Positions 23,727-36,598 of a DNA stretch of 64,000 nt are shown here, piece by piece. Location: NCBI GenBank assembly GCA_017499595.2, contig CM039009.1, positions 310,001 to 374,000 of the forward strand. The letters are read 5' to 3'. The DNA is from Psilocybe cubensis (lineage: Eukaryota). Position 1 is the stretch's first letter, and every line of letters begins with the position of its first letter. Under the pieces are notes generated by a model. It worked only from the letters and a program-made list of their open reading frames with translations, was not told where the DNA came from and searched no databases. A program made the position numbers and the translations under genes.

Positions 23727-25528
23727 GAAGCAGCGTCAGCAATAGCATTGGCACTGGTCAGAATCCAGACACAAGAAAAAGAGAAATTTAAGTGTGCCGC
23801 CAACATGAAAATCATCCGCACGGTGGACATAGCGGGAATTGACCGCCCAGTTCCCAAAGAAAGCCATTCCACAATAGCCTCATTGTCGACGTGAAAAATG
23901 ACATGACAACCAAACCAGAGGTCGCCCCAACGGAGGATTGCGTGAAGCACTGCTAAAGCCTCCTTAAATTGAATATCGCGCCCGCGGAAATGACGAGGAC
24001 AGCGAGCAGAAAACCAAAGGTCCTCAAAATGCCCCCCCATACCCTTAGTCCCACTGGCGTCTGTGTAAATAGACACACTAGGGTGGGGCGGTTGCAGAAT
24101 GTGTATGCCGTTCCAAGGCATGCAAAAAACAGTCCACCAGTGCAGGTTGGCTCGCACCCCTCGTGACACATGGCGTTGCTGAAATGGTGAAGAGAATTTC
24201 ATAGAGAAATCGATAATGCGGCGAATAAATGTGCGCGAATAAGGAATGACTTGCGAAGCAAATTGCAGGAATCCTACCAACTCCTGAACTTCCCGAAGTG
24301 TAGCAAGAGTCTTTGTACTCCAAGAGCAAAGTAAGTCGCGGAGAAAGGCAAGTTTGACGGGTGGAAGGCAGGCTTCCATGAGCAATGAGTTGAGTTCAAT
24401 CCCAAGAAATTCAATCAATGTAGACAGCCACATGGTTTTTGCGTCCTGAAACTCCAAGCCAAGACAGCAACCGAGGCCCATGACCCACTCCACCGCCTGA
24501 AGGCATAGCGACCTAGGCATAGAGCTACCAAAATTAAGAAAAAAGTTGTCCAAGTAATGACACAATTGAGCAGGTATATGGCGCTGGATAATCCAGTGTA
24601 GTGCCTCTGCAAAAAGATTGAAAATGTAGGGCGCAGAGCGCAAGCCAAAAGTGAGCACCGTGCAATAGTAGAAAAGACCCTTCCAAGAAAAACCCAAGTG
24701 ATGCCAGTTGGCAGGGCGGATGGGTACATGGCGGAAAGCATCTTTCAAGTCTAATTTTGCCATAAAAGAGCCTGGACCAGAGCGTGTAAGATCTTCCACT
24801 GCGCGCTCAAACATGTCGTAATGGATATGTGCCTCAGAGTCCGCAATGCCGTCATTGATTGAAGATCCCGATGGATAAGACAAGTGATTGATTAATCGGC
24901 GCTTACCAGGGTTGTGTTTCTTGGAGACGGCGCCTAACGGAGAGCAGAAAAAGTCCAGCAGTGGAGGTGTCGGGAACGGGCCGTGAACTTGAGCATTATC
25001 CACCAGCTTAGCAACCGCAGCGTCCATGAAAGCTGAGTCTTCAAATGCGGAGCACAAGTTAGAGCATGAGTGCTCCATGTTGGGCCCGACAAATCCAATA
25101 TCTGCGCCATGCTCAACGATGTTAAGAAGTGACAAGACAAAGGTGCGGTCAGGATAATCATGGAGGAAAAAAGACTAGGATTGCAGCACAAGCGGGGTTG
25201 ACACTCTTGAATGAGAAAAAGAATTATCATAGGAAGACAGTAAATTACAACGTGGATCTGTATTAGGGCGAATAGGTGGGAGGCATGAAGCCGGTGGGAA
25301 AGAATTATGATGAGGAATACAAGAATAAAATTCAGATGAAGTGAAATTGACAGAAGCAGGGGAAAGAAGAGAGCTGGGGTGAGATGATGGTGTTGAATCA
25401 ACAGAATTAAACTTTGAAATAGAAGGAAGATTGGTTTGAGGATGGACTACAGAATGGGAAAGAAGAGGAATAGAAGTAGAGCAAGCCTCCGAATAAAGAT
25501 TAAAAGCAAAGGAAGAAGAAACAGACAA
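23420..25528 (-). pseudogene. Reverse transcriptase/RNase H of the Ngaro-type element
   Basis: KLDLKDAFRH, LTFGLRSAP, YLDN (degenerate YxDD), IYTDASG and HVDN motifs. In-frame stop at 25175-25177 in the N-terminal part. Confidence 0.9.
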
Positions 25529-25552
25529 AGATTGGCTCGCCCCACCGAGTGC

Positions 25553-26722
25553 CTACCCGCTACGTGTGCAATCGGTCTTACCATGATCATCTGCGCCACA
25601 AGATTGGTACTTGTGAAGACGTCCAGCTGGGCAGGGGAGAGTTTTGCAGGTACCAGGATTGAAATTGAAACAGGTTTGCTGCGCCACCGGGGTCTTTGTA
25701 GAGAACAAAGATGATGAACCCAAGGTGCCTGAAGTGCTCGAACGACCTTTAGGCGCCGCCGCTACAGCAGTGCCACGGGCGTGAGGTGTGAGGCAAATGG
25801 CTTGCAGAGCAGCGTTGGATACCATCCACCCAGAGAAATCACCATGTGACATTTCCTTGGATCTGCGCAAAAAGAAACGCTGATGATATGCAAGGACGGC
25901 ATGCCAGTGATATGTTCTACTGAACGTGGTGATTTGTGCACAGTAGTACGCAAAGGCGGAAATTACTTCCCTGGTCGCCAACGCAGACCCGGATGACGCA
26001 GCGTACTGGCCCAAGATATTGAAGTAAACAAAGAGGGGTTCGAGCAAGGACTGCAGCGTAGGATAATCCTTAGCTGTGCCCAAACGGGGCTTCACAGTGA
26101 TGTTGTCGTTTTCAAGTACAATGGAAGACTGCGCATCGTGGACCTTCTTGTGTGCAGACAAGTCCAATTTGTTCAAGTTGAGAGGGTGGAACATGAACTG
26201 GACAATTTCCAGGATGGTGGCACGAGGAACATTGGGGAAAAGATCAAGAAGAGACTCACTGGTAGCAGAGCTCGACGCCGCATTGCTGATGAAAGGCGGG
26301 ATTTGCACCGATGCAGCAACAGGAGCCACAGGCGGGGGTGGAGGGGGCGTTGGAACCTTGACACGAGGCGAGCCAATCAGACCGCGATTGAGCAAAATCT
26401 CAAACTGCTCGTTGGTGAGTATAATCCCCCCTAGGCCTATGCCTGAAGAGGATGGAACACCTTCCCCAGAGTTCAATCTAGACATGCTAGAGCTCAATGA
26501 TGAAAGGGAAGAAGGGGATGATGGTGTAGGAGATGAAAGGGAGACGCTCAGGAGGGCGGTTACAAGACTTGTTTCGTCGTCCATTGACTGAACGGAGGGA
26601 GAAGAGGGGACCGAGTCGGTGTCGCTCTCAGAAGATGAGGACTGAACAGCGAGTGCACCGGTGAGGAAACGGCCGCGAGCGTCTTGAAGACGAGCCGGAA
26701 TGGCTAAAGGAGCAAAAAACAA
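25553..26722 (-). CDS. Gag-like ORF1 of the Ngaro-type element
   Basis: 389-aa ORF with YHWHAVLAYH and a C-terminal CFNFN..C...C...H....C....H....C zinc-finger-like region, typical of DIRS-group ORF1. Confidence 0.75.
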   Translation of the reverse strand: MFFAPLAIPARLQDARGRFLTGALAVQSSSSESDTDSVPSSPSVQSMDDETSLVTALLSVSLSSPTPSSPSSLSSLSSSMSRLNSGEGVPSSSGIGLGGIILTNEQFEILLNRGLIGSPRVKVPTPPPPPPVAPVAASVQIPPFISNAASSSATSESLLDLFPNVPRATILEIVQFMFHPLNLNKLDLSAHKKVHDAQSSIVLENDNITVKPRLGTAKDYPTLQSLLEPLFVYFNILGQYAASSGSALATREVISAFAYYCAQITTFSRTYHWHAVLAYHQRFFLRRSKEMSHGDFSGWMVSNAALQAICLTPHARGTAVAAAPKGRSSTSGTLGSSSLFSTKTPVAQQTCFNFNPGTCKTLPCPAGRLHKYQSCGADDHGKTDCTRSG

Positions 26723-27599
26723 GCTCTAGGCAGAGCCTAACGAGCTGTGTAAGTAAAAAGAGAGATGTAAAACAAAGTCTAACGAACCTAACAAGCTGTG
26801 TGAGTAAGAAGAGAGATGTGAAGACATGAAGAGAAAACGAGATCTATATACGAGCTGGAGAACAAAGGCCTTTGAAAAGCTGCGAGGCAAAATCTAATCT
26901 GATCAACGCGCCGCACGCAACGCGAGAGATTGTTCCATCTCATAGACCCGGATCAAACAAGTTTGATCTCCTCATCAATTTACATAATCACGGCAATTGC
27001 GGCTGGCCACTTTGGGCAAGAATTAACAATGTTTTCCGCCCATTACAAGGTTTGTTCAGCGCACAAAATGTATTTACGCGCAGGTAATTTACACATGAAG
27101 TATAATTTGGGGCAGAAATAATGTACTCGGGCTTGTAAATTATGTCTCAAATATGTTTCCGCGCAGCAAATTGTGTTCACAGAATCTTCAAACTACCCCA
27201 GAAAGCAATCTGCACACCAAACAAATGTTTCCATGCACAACTTTTTTTTATTCTTGACGGACTTCTCAATACTAAGCAAATTATATTTACGGGGAATATT
27301 TCCCCACTTGGGCAGCCATACTGGTTGGCTGCACGGAGTGTTAAGCTGCAAAGTTCGGGAAATTTGCCCAAATTCAGGACCTTTCAGGTAGGCATGCTAC
27401 AATGTTGAATAAGAAATGGATTAGTGGAGCTTACATTGTACTGCATAATGAGGCTTCAATAAATTCATCGAATCATCGAACGCCGAAATTCCCGCAAAGT
27501 CAACTCACAATGTGCCACACTACGTGGGCTCATTGAATACCGGTGTATCTGCACAGTAGGCCAATTTCGGATATGCATCACAGAAAATTGGTATGCGGA

Positions 27600-28060
27600 T
27601 GTGGTTGGGACGTTGAAATGGGTCGGAATCTTCGAATCGGGGTCGGGATAGTGGATATGGTCGGGACGTTGAAATGGGGTCGGAATGAATGGAATGCGGG
27701 GCGTCAGGTTGTTGGAATGCGGGGTTGGGATGAATGGGTTGTCGGCCTATTGGAATTGGGTTGGGATGCTGGAATGCGGGGCGTCGGGTTGTTGGAATTG
27801 GGTCGGTATGTTGGAATGCGGGGCGTCGGGTTGTTGGAATGCGGGGTTGGGATGAATGGGTGTTGGCCTATTGGTATGGGTCGGGATGTTGGAATGCGGG
27901 TCGGGATGTTGGAATGCGGGTCGGGATTGATGCCAGCATCGAAATATTTGAATAGGAGTCGGGGTATTGAAATGGGGTCGGAATGTTGGGTTGGGATGAA
28001 CGGGTTGTCAGGATGTGTTGGCATAAATGGGGTCAGAACTTTGCAACCAGAGGTGGGATA
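27600..28060. repeat. G-rich degenerate minisatellite (ggaatgcgggg / gttggaattggg / gtcgggatg units) in the left subterminal region of the KDZ element
   Basis: Repeated ggaatgcgggg and gggtcggga motifs. The overlapping ORFs are low-complexity artefacts. Confidence 0.8.
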
Positions 28061-28387
28061 TTAAAATACTACTATACTAAATGCCGTCGACGGCTTTTGG
28101 ATTTCAGTTTACCATCTCAAAAGTAGTAGGATCAATGCTATCACACTAGTACATGAGAAAGGAGAAAGCATACAAATGTTATTCAAAAAGTACACAAGCT
28201 GTATTCAAAATATAGAACACATGTATGTACAGATTAGTCAAAAAGATCCAGCTCCAAGTTGCCCGCAAAGTGCTCCGACGTGAATTGTGGTTGAGCAGAA
28301 TCCTCGTCAACGTCCATTGAATAGTCCGATTCTGCAAATGAGTTACTAATAGTCAGAAACTTTTTGAATATGATTTAAGCTAGAATA

Positions 28388-29711
28388 CTACATACCTTCC
28401 GCAGAATCAAAGAAAAGGTTGGCAGCTTCATTGGCTAGGTCCGACGAGGTTGAGCAACTTGACTCATCGTTGGTATCTTGAAGCTCATCAGCAAAGAGCT
28501 CTAATGCCTGATTAATGGCATCCGAGTTAGTTTCGCTGATGTTGGAATTGTTGTCGGTATGCTCTTGAACATTCCCCGACGCCCCAGCCTGTTGGTCTTC
28601 TTCAGCGTCAAAGAGTTTGATCGCAGCCTTGACCATGTTTTTAAGGTTTTCTGTAGAGTTATCGGTACTGAGATTTTCTGCAGAGTTATCGGTACTGCAT
28701 TCGCTGACATTGAAGTCCGCCATCTCTCCGCCACTAGAATCTAAACCTTCTGTCCCCGTTTTGAAGTACCTGGGAAGATCAAGATTGTTAGATGGAGGTG
28801 CCTTGATATCTTTGCGGGACGAAATGGAGTTTGTCGGAAGGGATAAAGTGCGCATTTTTGAATCACTGAGTTCAGATCTTTCGCCCAAGTCTCCGCCATC
28901 TCGAAGACTCTTTACATATCCCGAATGAACTGTTTTTGTGGCGACACCAAGAGTACGAACCTGCAAAACTATGAGACATCACGTCAAATCCACTTCAAAA
29001 ACAATAGCATACCTGCTTGACAGTGAGTTGTGCACCCCAAGTCCACTTGGATGAAGGTGTGTTTGGGGTCGGTTCGGGCTTCGACGGCAATAATTGGGAA
29101 GCTTCGTAGAGCTTGAAAAATCCCGCAGCGCGGCGTGCGATACGGTCAACGCTGTGGCTTGACTGACCCGCGTTGGCCATCAACATGGTTTTAAACCCTT
29201 GTAGCTGGTGAAGTACGTCGTCGGCAAGAAAAGAAAGTCGGGAACATGAGTCGCATGTTGCAGAATTGGCGTTGTTGAGAAGCATGAGAATCGGTTTGAT
29301 TTGAGTCGGAATAACGTTGGAAGGCACCAACGATGTTGGCTGCGATGCCTTGGCCAGATCTTCACGTTCTTTGTCCAGGCATTGCTTCAACTCACCCTCA
29401 TGATACTTCATGATGTCGGGAAGATTGCTTCCATTTAAAATGTCGTTGTCGTCAGAAGGCGGAGTGTTTTTCAACCACCACGCACACATGTACGAGTTGA
29501 CACGTCTGTCGAGGGCAGTACAAGGTGCTCCCGCTGCCAATAAATCAATCATACTTGGGTCGATATCCAGCGGGAGCAATTCTGTTCTAGCAACAGCCAA
29601 TGTATCGCACAGAGAGCGCAGAAGGAGTGGCATTTCGATAACCTGAGATCCTGCGTAGGCGGCACCGATACACGCTAAGACAACATCCTGGTCGGAGTGC
29701 GTGATTTTCAT
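28388..29711 (-). CDS. Hypothetical cargo gene of the KDZ element (multi-exon)
   Basis: ORFs 28995-29711 (ATG start) and 28388-28966 are joined by a GTATG...CAG intron. No recognisable domain. Confidence 0.5.
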
Positions 29712-29799
29712 GTGATAAGTCCGACGATCATGTGATAGAAAAAACTTACTAATTCAATCTGCAGAGTCTCCTGCATCCACTTTTTTTGACGCGCAGTAG

Positions 29800-32700
29800 G
29801 AGCCTTAACAATGTGTTCCAGAATCTCTCGGAATCAAGATGTTGCAAATATAGCAGTTTTTGGATCTATCTGCCCTTCTTCGACCGACGCGCATAATTGT
29901 GGTCAAAAGGATTGAACACAGTGATGACTTTGATGGCTTTGGGGTCTCCTGTACTCATGATGGATGTGGATATGATGGATGTAGATAAGAAAGATGGGTT
30001 TGGATAAGAAAAATGTGTATTTGAAATTACATTGGTTTGTAGAGGGAATTTATCCGCCTAAATAAGTAATCTCCAGCCACCGCCAAGCTATACCAAGCAT
30101 CTGATTTGCAATATGCATATGCTCTCCTACCCGCACTAAGTGTCGGCTCCGACATTGTATATGTTTTCCACTTTTTACTCTGATGTATAAAAAATGCAAC
30201 CGTCTATTGCATTTTGTATCGTACCAGTATTGCCTCTTCTAGCCACCTGTGATATAACGCTCGTGCCCTCAACCAATGTACTCTTTTAACTGTATAGTCG
30301 GGTAGTCGGGTCGGAAATTTATAAGTGCCCGTGATATATCATTAAAATAACTCACATTCAAGCACAGTGGCAGGATCTGCTTCCCCCGATAATGTGTTTG
30401 GGTCGGCATCAGGAGTAGCTGTTGGATCAAGTGCCCACCGCGGTCCGAATCTTTGGTGTACAGAATACCAAATCCATGACAAACGGAATTTGGTTGATCC
30501 CAGCAAATTTGGATTAAGAATTGCAGTACTTGATTTAATGTCTTCTTTTGTTAAAATGCGCAACTCCTGAAGAATTTCATCATTGGCCCCCAACTTGACA
30601 ATACGAGTTCGGCAGTGTGAGTATGCCTGCGCATGCATTGAAATTTGGTCTTTTAACTCTTTTACCGCCGTTTGACCTCGTGTGCGTACCCCTTTGCGTG
30701 GACCCTTTCGGACAACTTCTTTGAACTGGAAAGACCGCTCTGCTATTAGTTCTCGGATCTGGTTAAGGTGACTTCTAGCTTTTGATATTCTGGCTTCAAG
30801 TTCATCTGATGCATAAATTTTGCTTGCAGCACCATTTGATGGTAAGCAGATTGGCTGTAGATCAATATCCTTGTTTACTGTCGGACCCGACCCAGGAGCT
30901 AGAACATCTTCTTCGTCTTCCCAGTCAATTAAAATCTGGTCAGATATGTCAATGTCTTGTCTCCCGGTAGCAACAACACCCGCTTTGGCCTGAAGTTTAT
31001 TGAGTTGAACCATCAATGTTTTGAGGGAGTCTCGTAGCTTTTGAAGCTTAACACGGTCGGTGAGACCATCATGATTGACAAGCCGACGTGCACGCATCCG
31101 TATGTCCAATCTAAAATATTAAAACTTGCATTAGAATAGTTTCACTTAAGATAACTATACATACTGTTTCTCTTCAATCACTAAAGCAAACTGGATCCAT
31201 GATTGTACTGGAGTCAGTGGTGTAGAAGGACAGGCACAGTCACTAGTATTGACTGTTGGAGCGGATCCAGGCCGCTTAGCGGTATAAATGTCCATTAGCT
31301 TTGGGTCTTCCAATCGATTTTTTTCTACATGTTCAATCTGCTATGTCCATAATTTGATGGCTTCAGGATCAGCAGAGTTGGTAAGATTAGAAAAACATAT
31401 CCGATATTTGTCTCTTGTTTCTTCAGCTTCTAGATACCGTTGGCAAAGATACTTGGTTATTCCAAGAGCCTTTTTGTGGTTGGAATCGCATGCATGATCA
31501 TCAAGTATTTCTGCTCAATGAGCTAATGTTGCCGTACGAGCTGCAGGGGATATAGCATTCAAGTCGGCCCACAATGATTCAAGAATCTCTCCGCAGACGC
31601 AGGCGGCACCAGGAATAAATGTTGGAGCATATCAGAAAAAGCACTCATCCTTGTGAGCATGGACATGGAACATACCAATTGCTCTGTCAATTTTGAGTCC
31701 ATTGGGGAGATGGTCCTTAATTCGCTTGAGTAGCCAGATGATATACTAGCAGACAATATCATATATAACCATAGTGCCTTGGTCGGGATGGACACCAGTT
31801 GATGCAAGTGCAGCTAAAAATGCAAAGTCTACATTTTTCTGCTGCTCATCTTTAAAAAGATCAACTAGTGCATTTGGAGCATAGCACCCATGTTGGGCAC
31901 ATGCAATGCCGACAATTCCTGTGACATCGCAAGATGACTTGGACAATAATGAATTTTGAATTGCACGAAATGTATTCTCGCATGGAGCACCCTAGTATTA
32001 GTTAGTTATACTGATTGTCATAGTAGAAAAATGGTTAAACAGACTGTCAATGCCTCAATAGCAGATTTAAGAAATGCATGATACTCTGCGCGGTCGGGTA
32101 TCATGCCACTACCTTCTGAAAGCCAGACATCTCGAGATGGCTTTTCTGAGCAAATATGATCAGCCTTGAAGTTTCCATCAGCCACAAATATCCATTTGTA
32201 AACTCAACGATTTGGGTCTTCTCTCCAATTGTCGGGTAAATTGACTCCAGGTTGTGGGCATGCGGGACAAAAAATTCCAAGGTCTCCTGTTCCAAAAGAC
32301 AGCACAGCCCTCTCATTATGCCCTGCAAACCCCGACCATTTGAGTTTTTTCATCCACCTCCATAGTCGCGACATTCTTCGGAACTCATTGTATAGGTCCA
32401 CAACACTTGAAGGAAACATTGGATTTGTCACTCGTCGGATAAGAGAGTAGAACTGATATGCCGATGCCTTGAGTTCCAGATTGGATAAACAAAAATAGTC
32501 CAGAAGCTGGGCGGAGAAAACTGTACGAATGCGGTGAAAACTTGTTGGCAATAACCGACTTGCAATGAGATCCAGAGGAAGATTGTTGGCTCCATGGCAT
32601 ACACAATAAACCATGGCTAGGTGGTGGACACCATTAGTATGAATTGCCCGAATATAGGCATTATTGAGTCCGTCAGTCTTTGGAGTCCCTGTCGGAATGC

Positions 32701-33728
32701 CTTTGTTTGCCGACTGTGGTCGGAGATATTGAGGCATGTCCCGTACATCTGCCTCTGCTTCGCTTACTTCTTCTTCATCATTACAGTCTTGAATATTGTC
32801 TAATGAATGAGGATCTTCTCGGCACCTGTTTAGGTATGCCTCAAACTCTTCATCTGTAGGGCCATTTGGATCCAAATTCTCTGGGTCTTCCTCAAGATTT
32901 TCCATCTGAATATCAATACCGTTTGTGTATTCTGTTGACTGCTCAATGGGCGCTTGTTTCCATTTCAATTGTTGTAGTTGATTTTGTTCCTCCTCGTCCT
33001 TGGTTTCTTCAATATTTTCAAGATAATTAATCTGGAAGTTCAATGAAGAACATATAGAATCTCCTATATGATGGAGTATAAGGATATAGGTACCAGTCTC
33101 CCATAGCTGAGCCGGCCGGAAGTGTGTGCCTGTCCAACATTCTACTTTGTGCAAAGGATTGACGCGGTGAGTATGCCGCATACACTTTCTGCAAATAAGG
33201 GATGGTAAGCTACAATCCTTGCACCGCCATACCGCAATCAAATTGCTATCACAACTAGAGCAAATAGGAGGTTCAGAATCCTCAGAAATATTGGGTGCTT
33301 CTTGGCTCAGTAATGCCCCTAGTAAATCGTCTACACGCAAAACAAATTCGTTAATATAGTCTCGCTGTGTCTATCCACATCATGCTGGTGAGATTACTTT
33401 GTAAAATAATAAAATATGTTCATACCTTCCAAATTTTTGGCACTACATTTTCATCATGGTGAGTTGAAGGTAGACTGTTTTCATCCTCACTAAATCCAGC
33501 ATCCTCGTTGAATGTACCATGCTCCTGTTCTTCTAAACCTATTGGCTTCTTCTTATGAGGTCAATTTGTGGCACTCAAAGAAACCTTCACTAGCTCTGAA
33601 ACCACCTTTCCTGCTCGCGTGGTTCTGGTTTGATTCTTGTATGTAACAGCATCTGCTGCATTAGCATCATTTTTGTGTAGTGCCTTCTTCCTGGATTTCC
33701 TGTTACTTGATGTTCGTTGAGATGGCAT
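29800..33728 (-). pseudogene. CxC2-domain KDZ (Kyakuja-Dileera-Zisupton) transposase, inactivated
   Basis: CxC2-like C..C..RCKDC..C..C..H..PLH..WTG and HTNGVH..YCVC motifs. KDZ core: CPACPQPG, FVADGNFK, GIACAQHGC, YDIVC, FHVHAH, GEILESLW. Several in-frame stops; 3' end approximate. Confidence 0.88.
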
Positions 33729-34039
33729 AATAGAAACAAGAGGAGAAATGATCCCTATCTTGGTTAGACATTGCTATATCTTAGGGTGGCTTATTCCAAC
33801 TGCATAGTTTATCCTTACCTAATATGCATATTCTCTACTTGTGGGCTGGTATAAAGGGAGCAGGGTTCTTGACGGTATTTTTTACCATTCATTCTTCCCC
33901 CACATTTATTGGTTTTAGGGCAAATCTGATTGTTGCAACCCAAGCCTGAACATATTCACAAGGTTAGTCTGTTTTTGTGCTATTTGACTATGTGAAGAAC
34001 TTACTGCATGAATATTTTACATATTCTATTTGATATAGC

Positions 34040-36413
34040 ATGGCCAGTACTGAAAATCCTGTACTCGAAGACATTTTTCAAACCCATGATAGATTAGTAA
34101 GGGTGTACGATCGTCAAGAGCGTGAAATAATTGAAAAATACAAAGATAATTACACCAAAGCTACAACTAATCTTGATCGTAAGCAGGTGGTTTGTGAAAT
34201 ACTACCTGCTCTTTTCAATCACTGGAGTAAAAGTAGGACTGTAAGCCATAGTAGAGATTTTATGCAGGAGGAGGCAAAGGTACGTGCATTGGCTGTGGTT
34301 GGAATAATTTACTTTTATTGAGACAAGTGTTGGGCCCGACCATACAACAGGTATAATAACAATCTTGGTTATAGCTTAGTCGGAACTAATATTGTATATT
34401 ATAGAAACTACTGGCTTGGATTCGAAATAATTGGAGAGGAGAGCGACTTACGAAGGCGGCTACAATGGGCAAAAAATTGAAGTGTACAACTGTACTCTGG
34501 TATAATAGAAGAGAGGAGGTCTACAAGGAAATTGCCAGTATTCTAGGAATAGAATCAGCAGGAGTCGGGACACCAGGCATTTTTGAAAACCGCATGAAAG
34601 CAATGAGTAACATTATTTCCCGAATGTCCGACCGTGAAAAAAGACAGCTTGATGTGGAAGCATCAAATTATGCATCGGTGGTTTATTCCGATGAGGACAA
34701 GCGCAAGTAAGTGTTTAATTGAAATACAAGATCAATCTACTACTTAATTCTTGTTTAGAAAAGCAAAGAAGTATGCTTTTAAGAAGCTAGATGAGGCAGC
34801 AAATCAACAATGGGCAGAAATGGGATTAATGAGTATCACATTTGTTTGTCAAATTAATGAATCTGGCCAACTATTAGTCCAAGTGTGCGTTTTCAATTAC
34901 AAGTCCACTTTCTAGTTGCTCATTTTATGATTCCGACCATCTCCGACTGATGTAATATCCGACTCCGACTGATTGAATAACTCCGACAAACTTTATGACT
35001 CCGACACTCTCTGACTTGTATAGTCATGATCAAGTAGCCAGCATTATTGGAGTTTGCTCAACTTTATTTGAAGAGCAAAAGCCAGATGAAGTCACACAAA
35101 TGAAGCGGTTGATCAGTACTTATGTCCGTGGATTATTAAATGCTAAAGAAAGAGCAACATCTGGAACGCAAATAATGGCAAAATTGGACTTATTTATACT
35201 TGATCAAGATGCCGATGGATTCCCAATCTTACCTCAAGACTTTGATGTCTCCAAGGTCAATAGAAAAGATTTAGAGTCTCTGCTCCGCCTTTATCTTGGT
35301 CAAAACTATAGTAAGCATAAGACTTTTGAGTTCAATTGGTGTGCTAAATTTGTAATAGAACTTGCAACATACGGTCGCACTTTGCAAACTCCTTACAAGG
35401 CTATTGAACTTAATCAATCCAAATTTATCTCTCCTGAGTACTTACCGCCCCGCTTCAAGCTAAAGCGGCCCCGATTTCTTGATCTTGAAGACTTGCGCAA
35501 GTTATTTACACATCTCCGATCACGTCAAGAAACATTTCCTCTCAGTCAAGTATTTCGCTTTCGCAAAGTTAAAAAGGGGAGAAAAGGAGATGACCTGGAA
35601 GATACATGGTATCCTGATGAGACTCGCAACATTGATGCAGAAAGGAACAAATGTCGGCCTCCACCACCAAAAAAACCTAAAAAATCCAAGACAGCTCCGA
35701 TGCGGATCGAGGAGATGGAGGGTGCATCGAGTTTGATCACATTTGATTCCACTCAGGAAGCTATGCCAACTGGGACTGCAACACCACCTGGTAATACAAT
35801 TTTAGATTCCATGATTGACCCAGCTTTACGGAGTGAATCCACTGCCAGTCATAATGTTCTTCCGGATCCAAAGGCTACTACTAGTATACAAATTCCTTCT
35901 GCTGAAAATTCTCAACCCCAACCCCAACCCCGACCTCGTAAACCACCTACCACCCCGGCTGAGATTGCACAGCATCAACAAAACCTTCAAGATTTGGATA
36001 ATGCATGGCGGATTTCCAATGAGCTTCTTGGATTGCAGTTGCCAACTTCAATTGAACCTGCTCCTGCGCACGCACCTGCATCCGCACCCGCACCCGCACC
36101 CGCACCACCTGCACCCACACCCGCACATGCACACACACACATACACACACCTGCACATGCACCCGCATACGCACCCGCACATGCACACACACCCGCACAC
36201 GCACCACCCGCACCTGCACACACACCCGCACACGCACCACCCGCACCTGCACCTGCACCCGCACATGCACATGCACATGCACATGCACATGCACCCACAT
36301 CCACATCCACATCCACACCCATACCCACACCCGCCCCTCTGGCAAATAGAAGAAAAAGAAAGGAAGTAGAGGAAACATTGATTATTGAGGGTAAAAGGAC
36401 CCGCCGCCCTTGA
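34040..36413 (+). CDS. KDZ-element accessory protein (multi-exon) with a Pro/Ala/His-rich tail and basic NLS-like end
   Basis: ORFs 34040-34321, 34465-34710 and 34995-36413 are linked by GT-AG introns. Transcribed divergently from the transposase; ends NRRKRK...GKRTRRP. Confidence 0.6.
36055..36336 (+). repeat. Coding hexamer microsatellite (GCACCC/GCACAT/ACATCC)n
   Basis: Encodes an (AP)/(AH)/(TS)n tract. Confidence 0.85.
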
Positions 36414-36598
36414 GAGAGAACTAGTTAGTTTTTTGCTATATCAATTAGAGTACTTCTTTTCAAGTAGAAGTTTAGTTATAATAACTTTCATATTTCACAC
36501 TTCAAAAACTCTTGCAAATCCTCAATATTATACAAGAACAAAAAACATAATATATTGAGAGAAAAAAAAATATTTTTAAGAAAAACAAAAACCCCGCC

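Larger units (their letters stand above)
21924..26976 (-). mobile_element. Tyrosine-recombinase retrotransposon with split direct repeats (Ngaro-type DIRS element)
   Basis: Sense-strand order A1-gag-RT/RH-YR-B1-A2-B2: A ~26710-26976 and ~22185-22451; B ~22452-22599 and ~21927-22074. ATC trinucleotide at both ends and at the internal A/B junction; no conventional TSD. Confidence 0.92.
20444..27320. mobile_element. Non-autonomous long-TIR element 3, IS3EU-like (~1.16 kb without its nested inserts)
   Basis: TIR starts tatggctgcccaagtgggg. Arms are ~390 bp (20444-20816 + 21487-21506 versus 21877-21926 + 26977-27320). 6-bp TSD ctggtt (20438-20443, 27321-27326). Each arm is interrupted by a nested element. 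Confidence 0.88.

Noticed and set aside
18367-27326. The TAT..ATA insertions being spliced out as introns (a TSD-ending G plus TATGG gives GTATGG)
   Set aside because: On the gene's strand only element 3 has that donor, and using the TSD AG as acceptor would delete one base. Elements 1 and 2 have the donor only on the antisense strand.
27328-27333. First gctgca as the left TSD of the KDZ element
   Set aside because: This junction leaves a frameshift in the host gene. The second gctgca (27345-27350) restores the frame and gives a matching short TIR.
35815-36378. His-rich, Cys-rich (metallothionein-like) and Val-rich ORFs
   Set aside because: Alternative frames of a hexamer microsatellite within the 34995-36413 exon.
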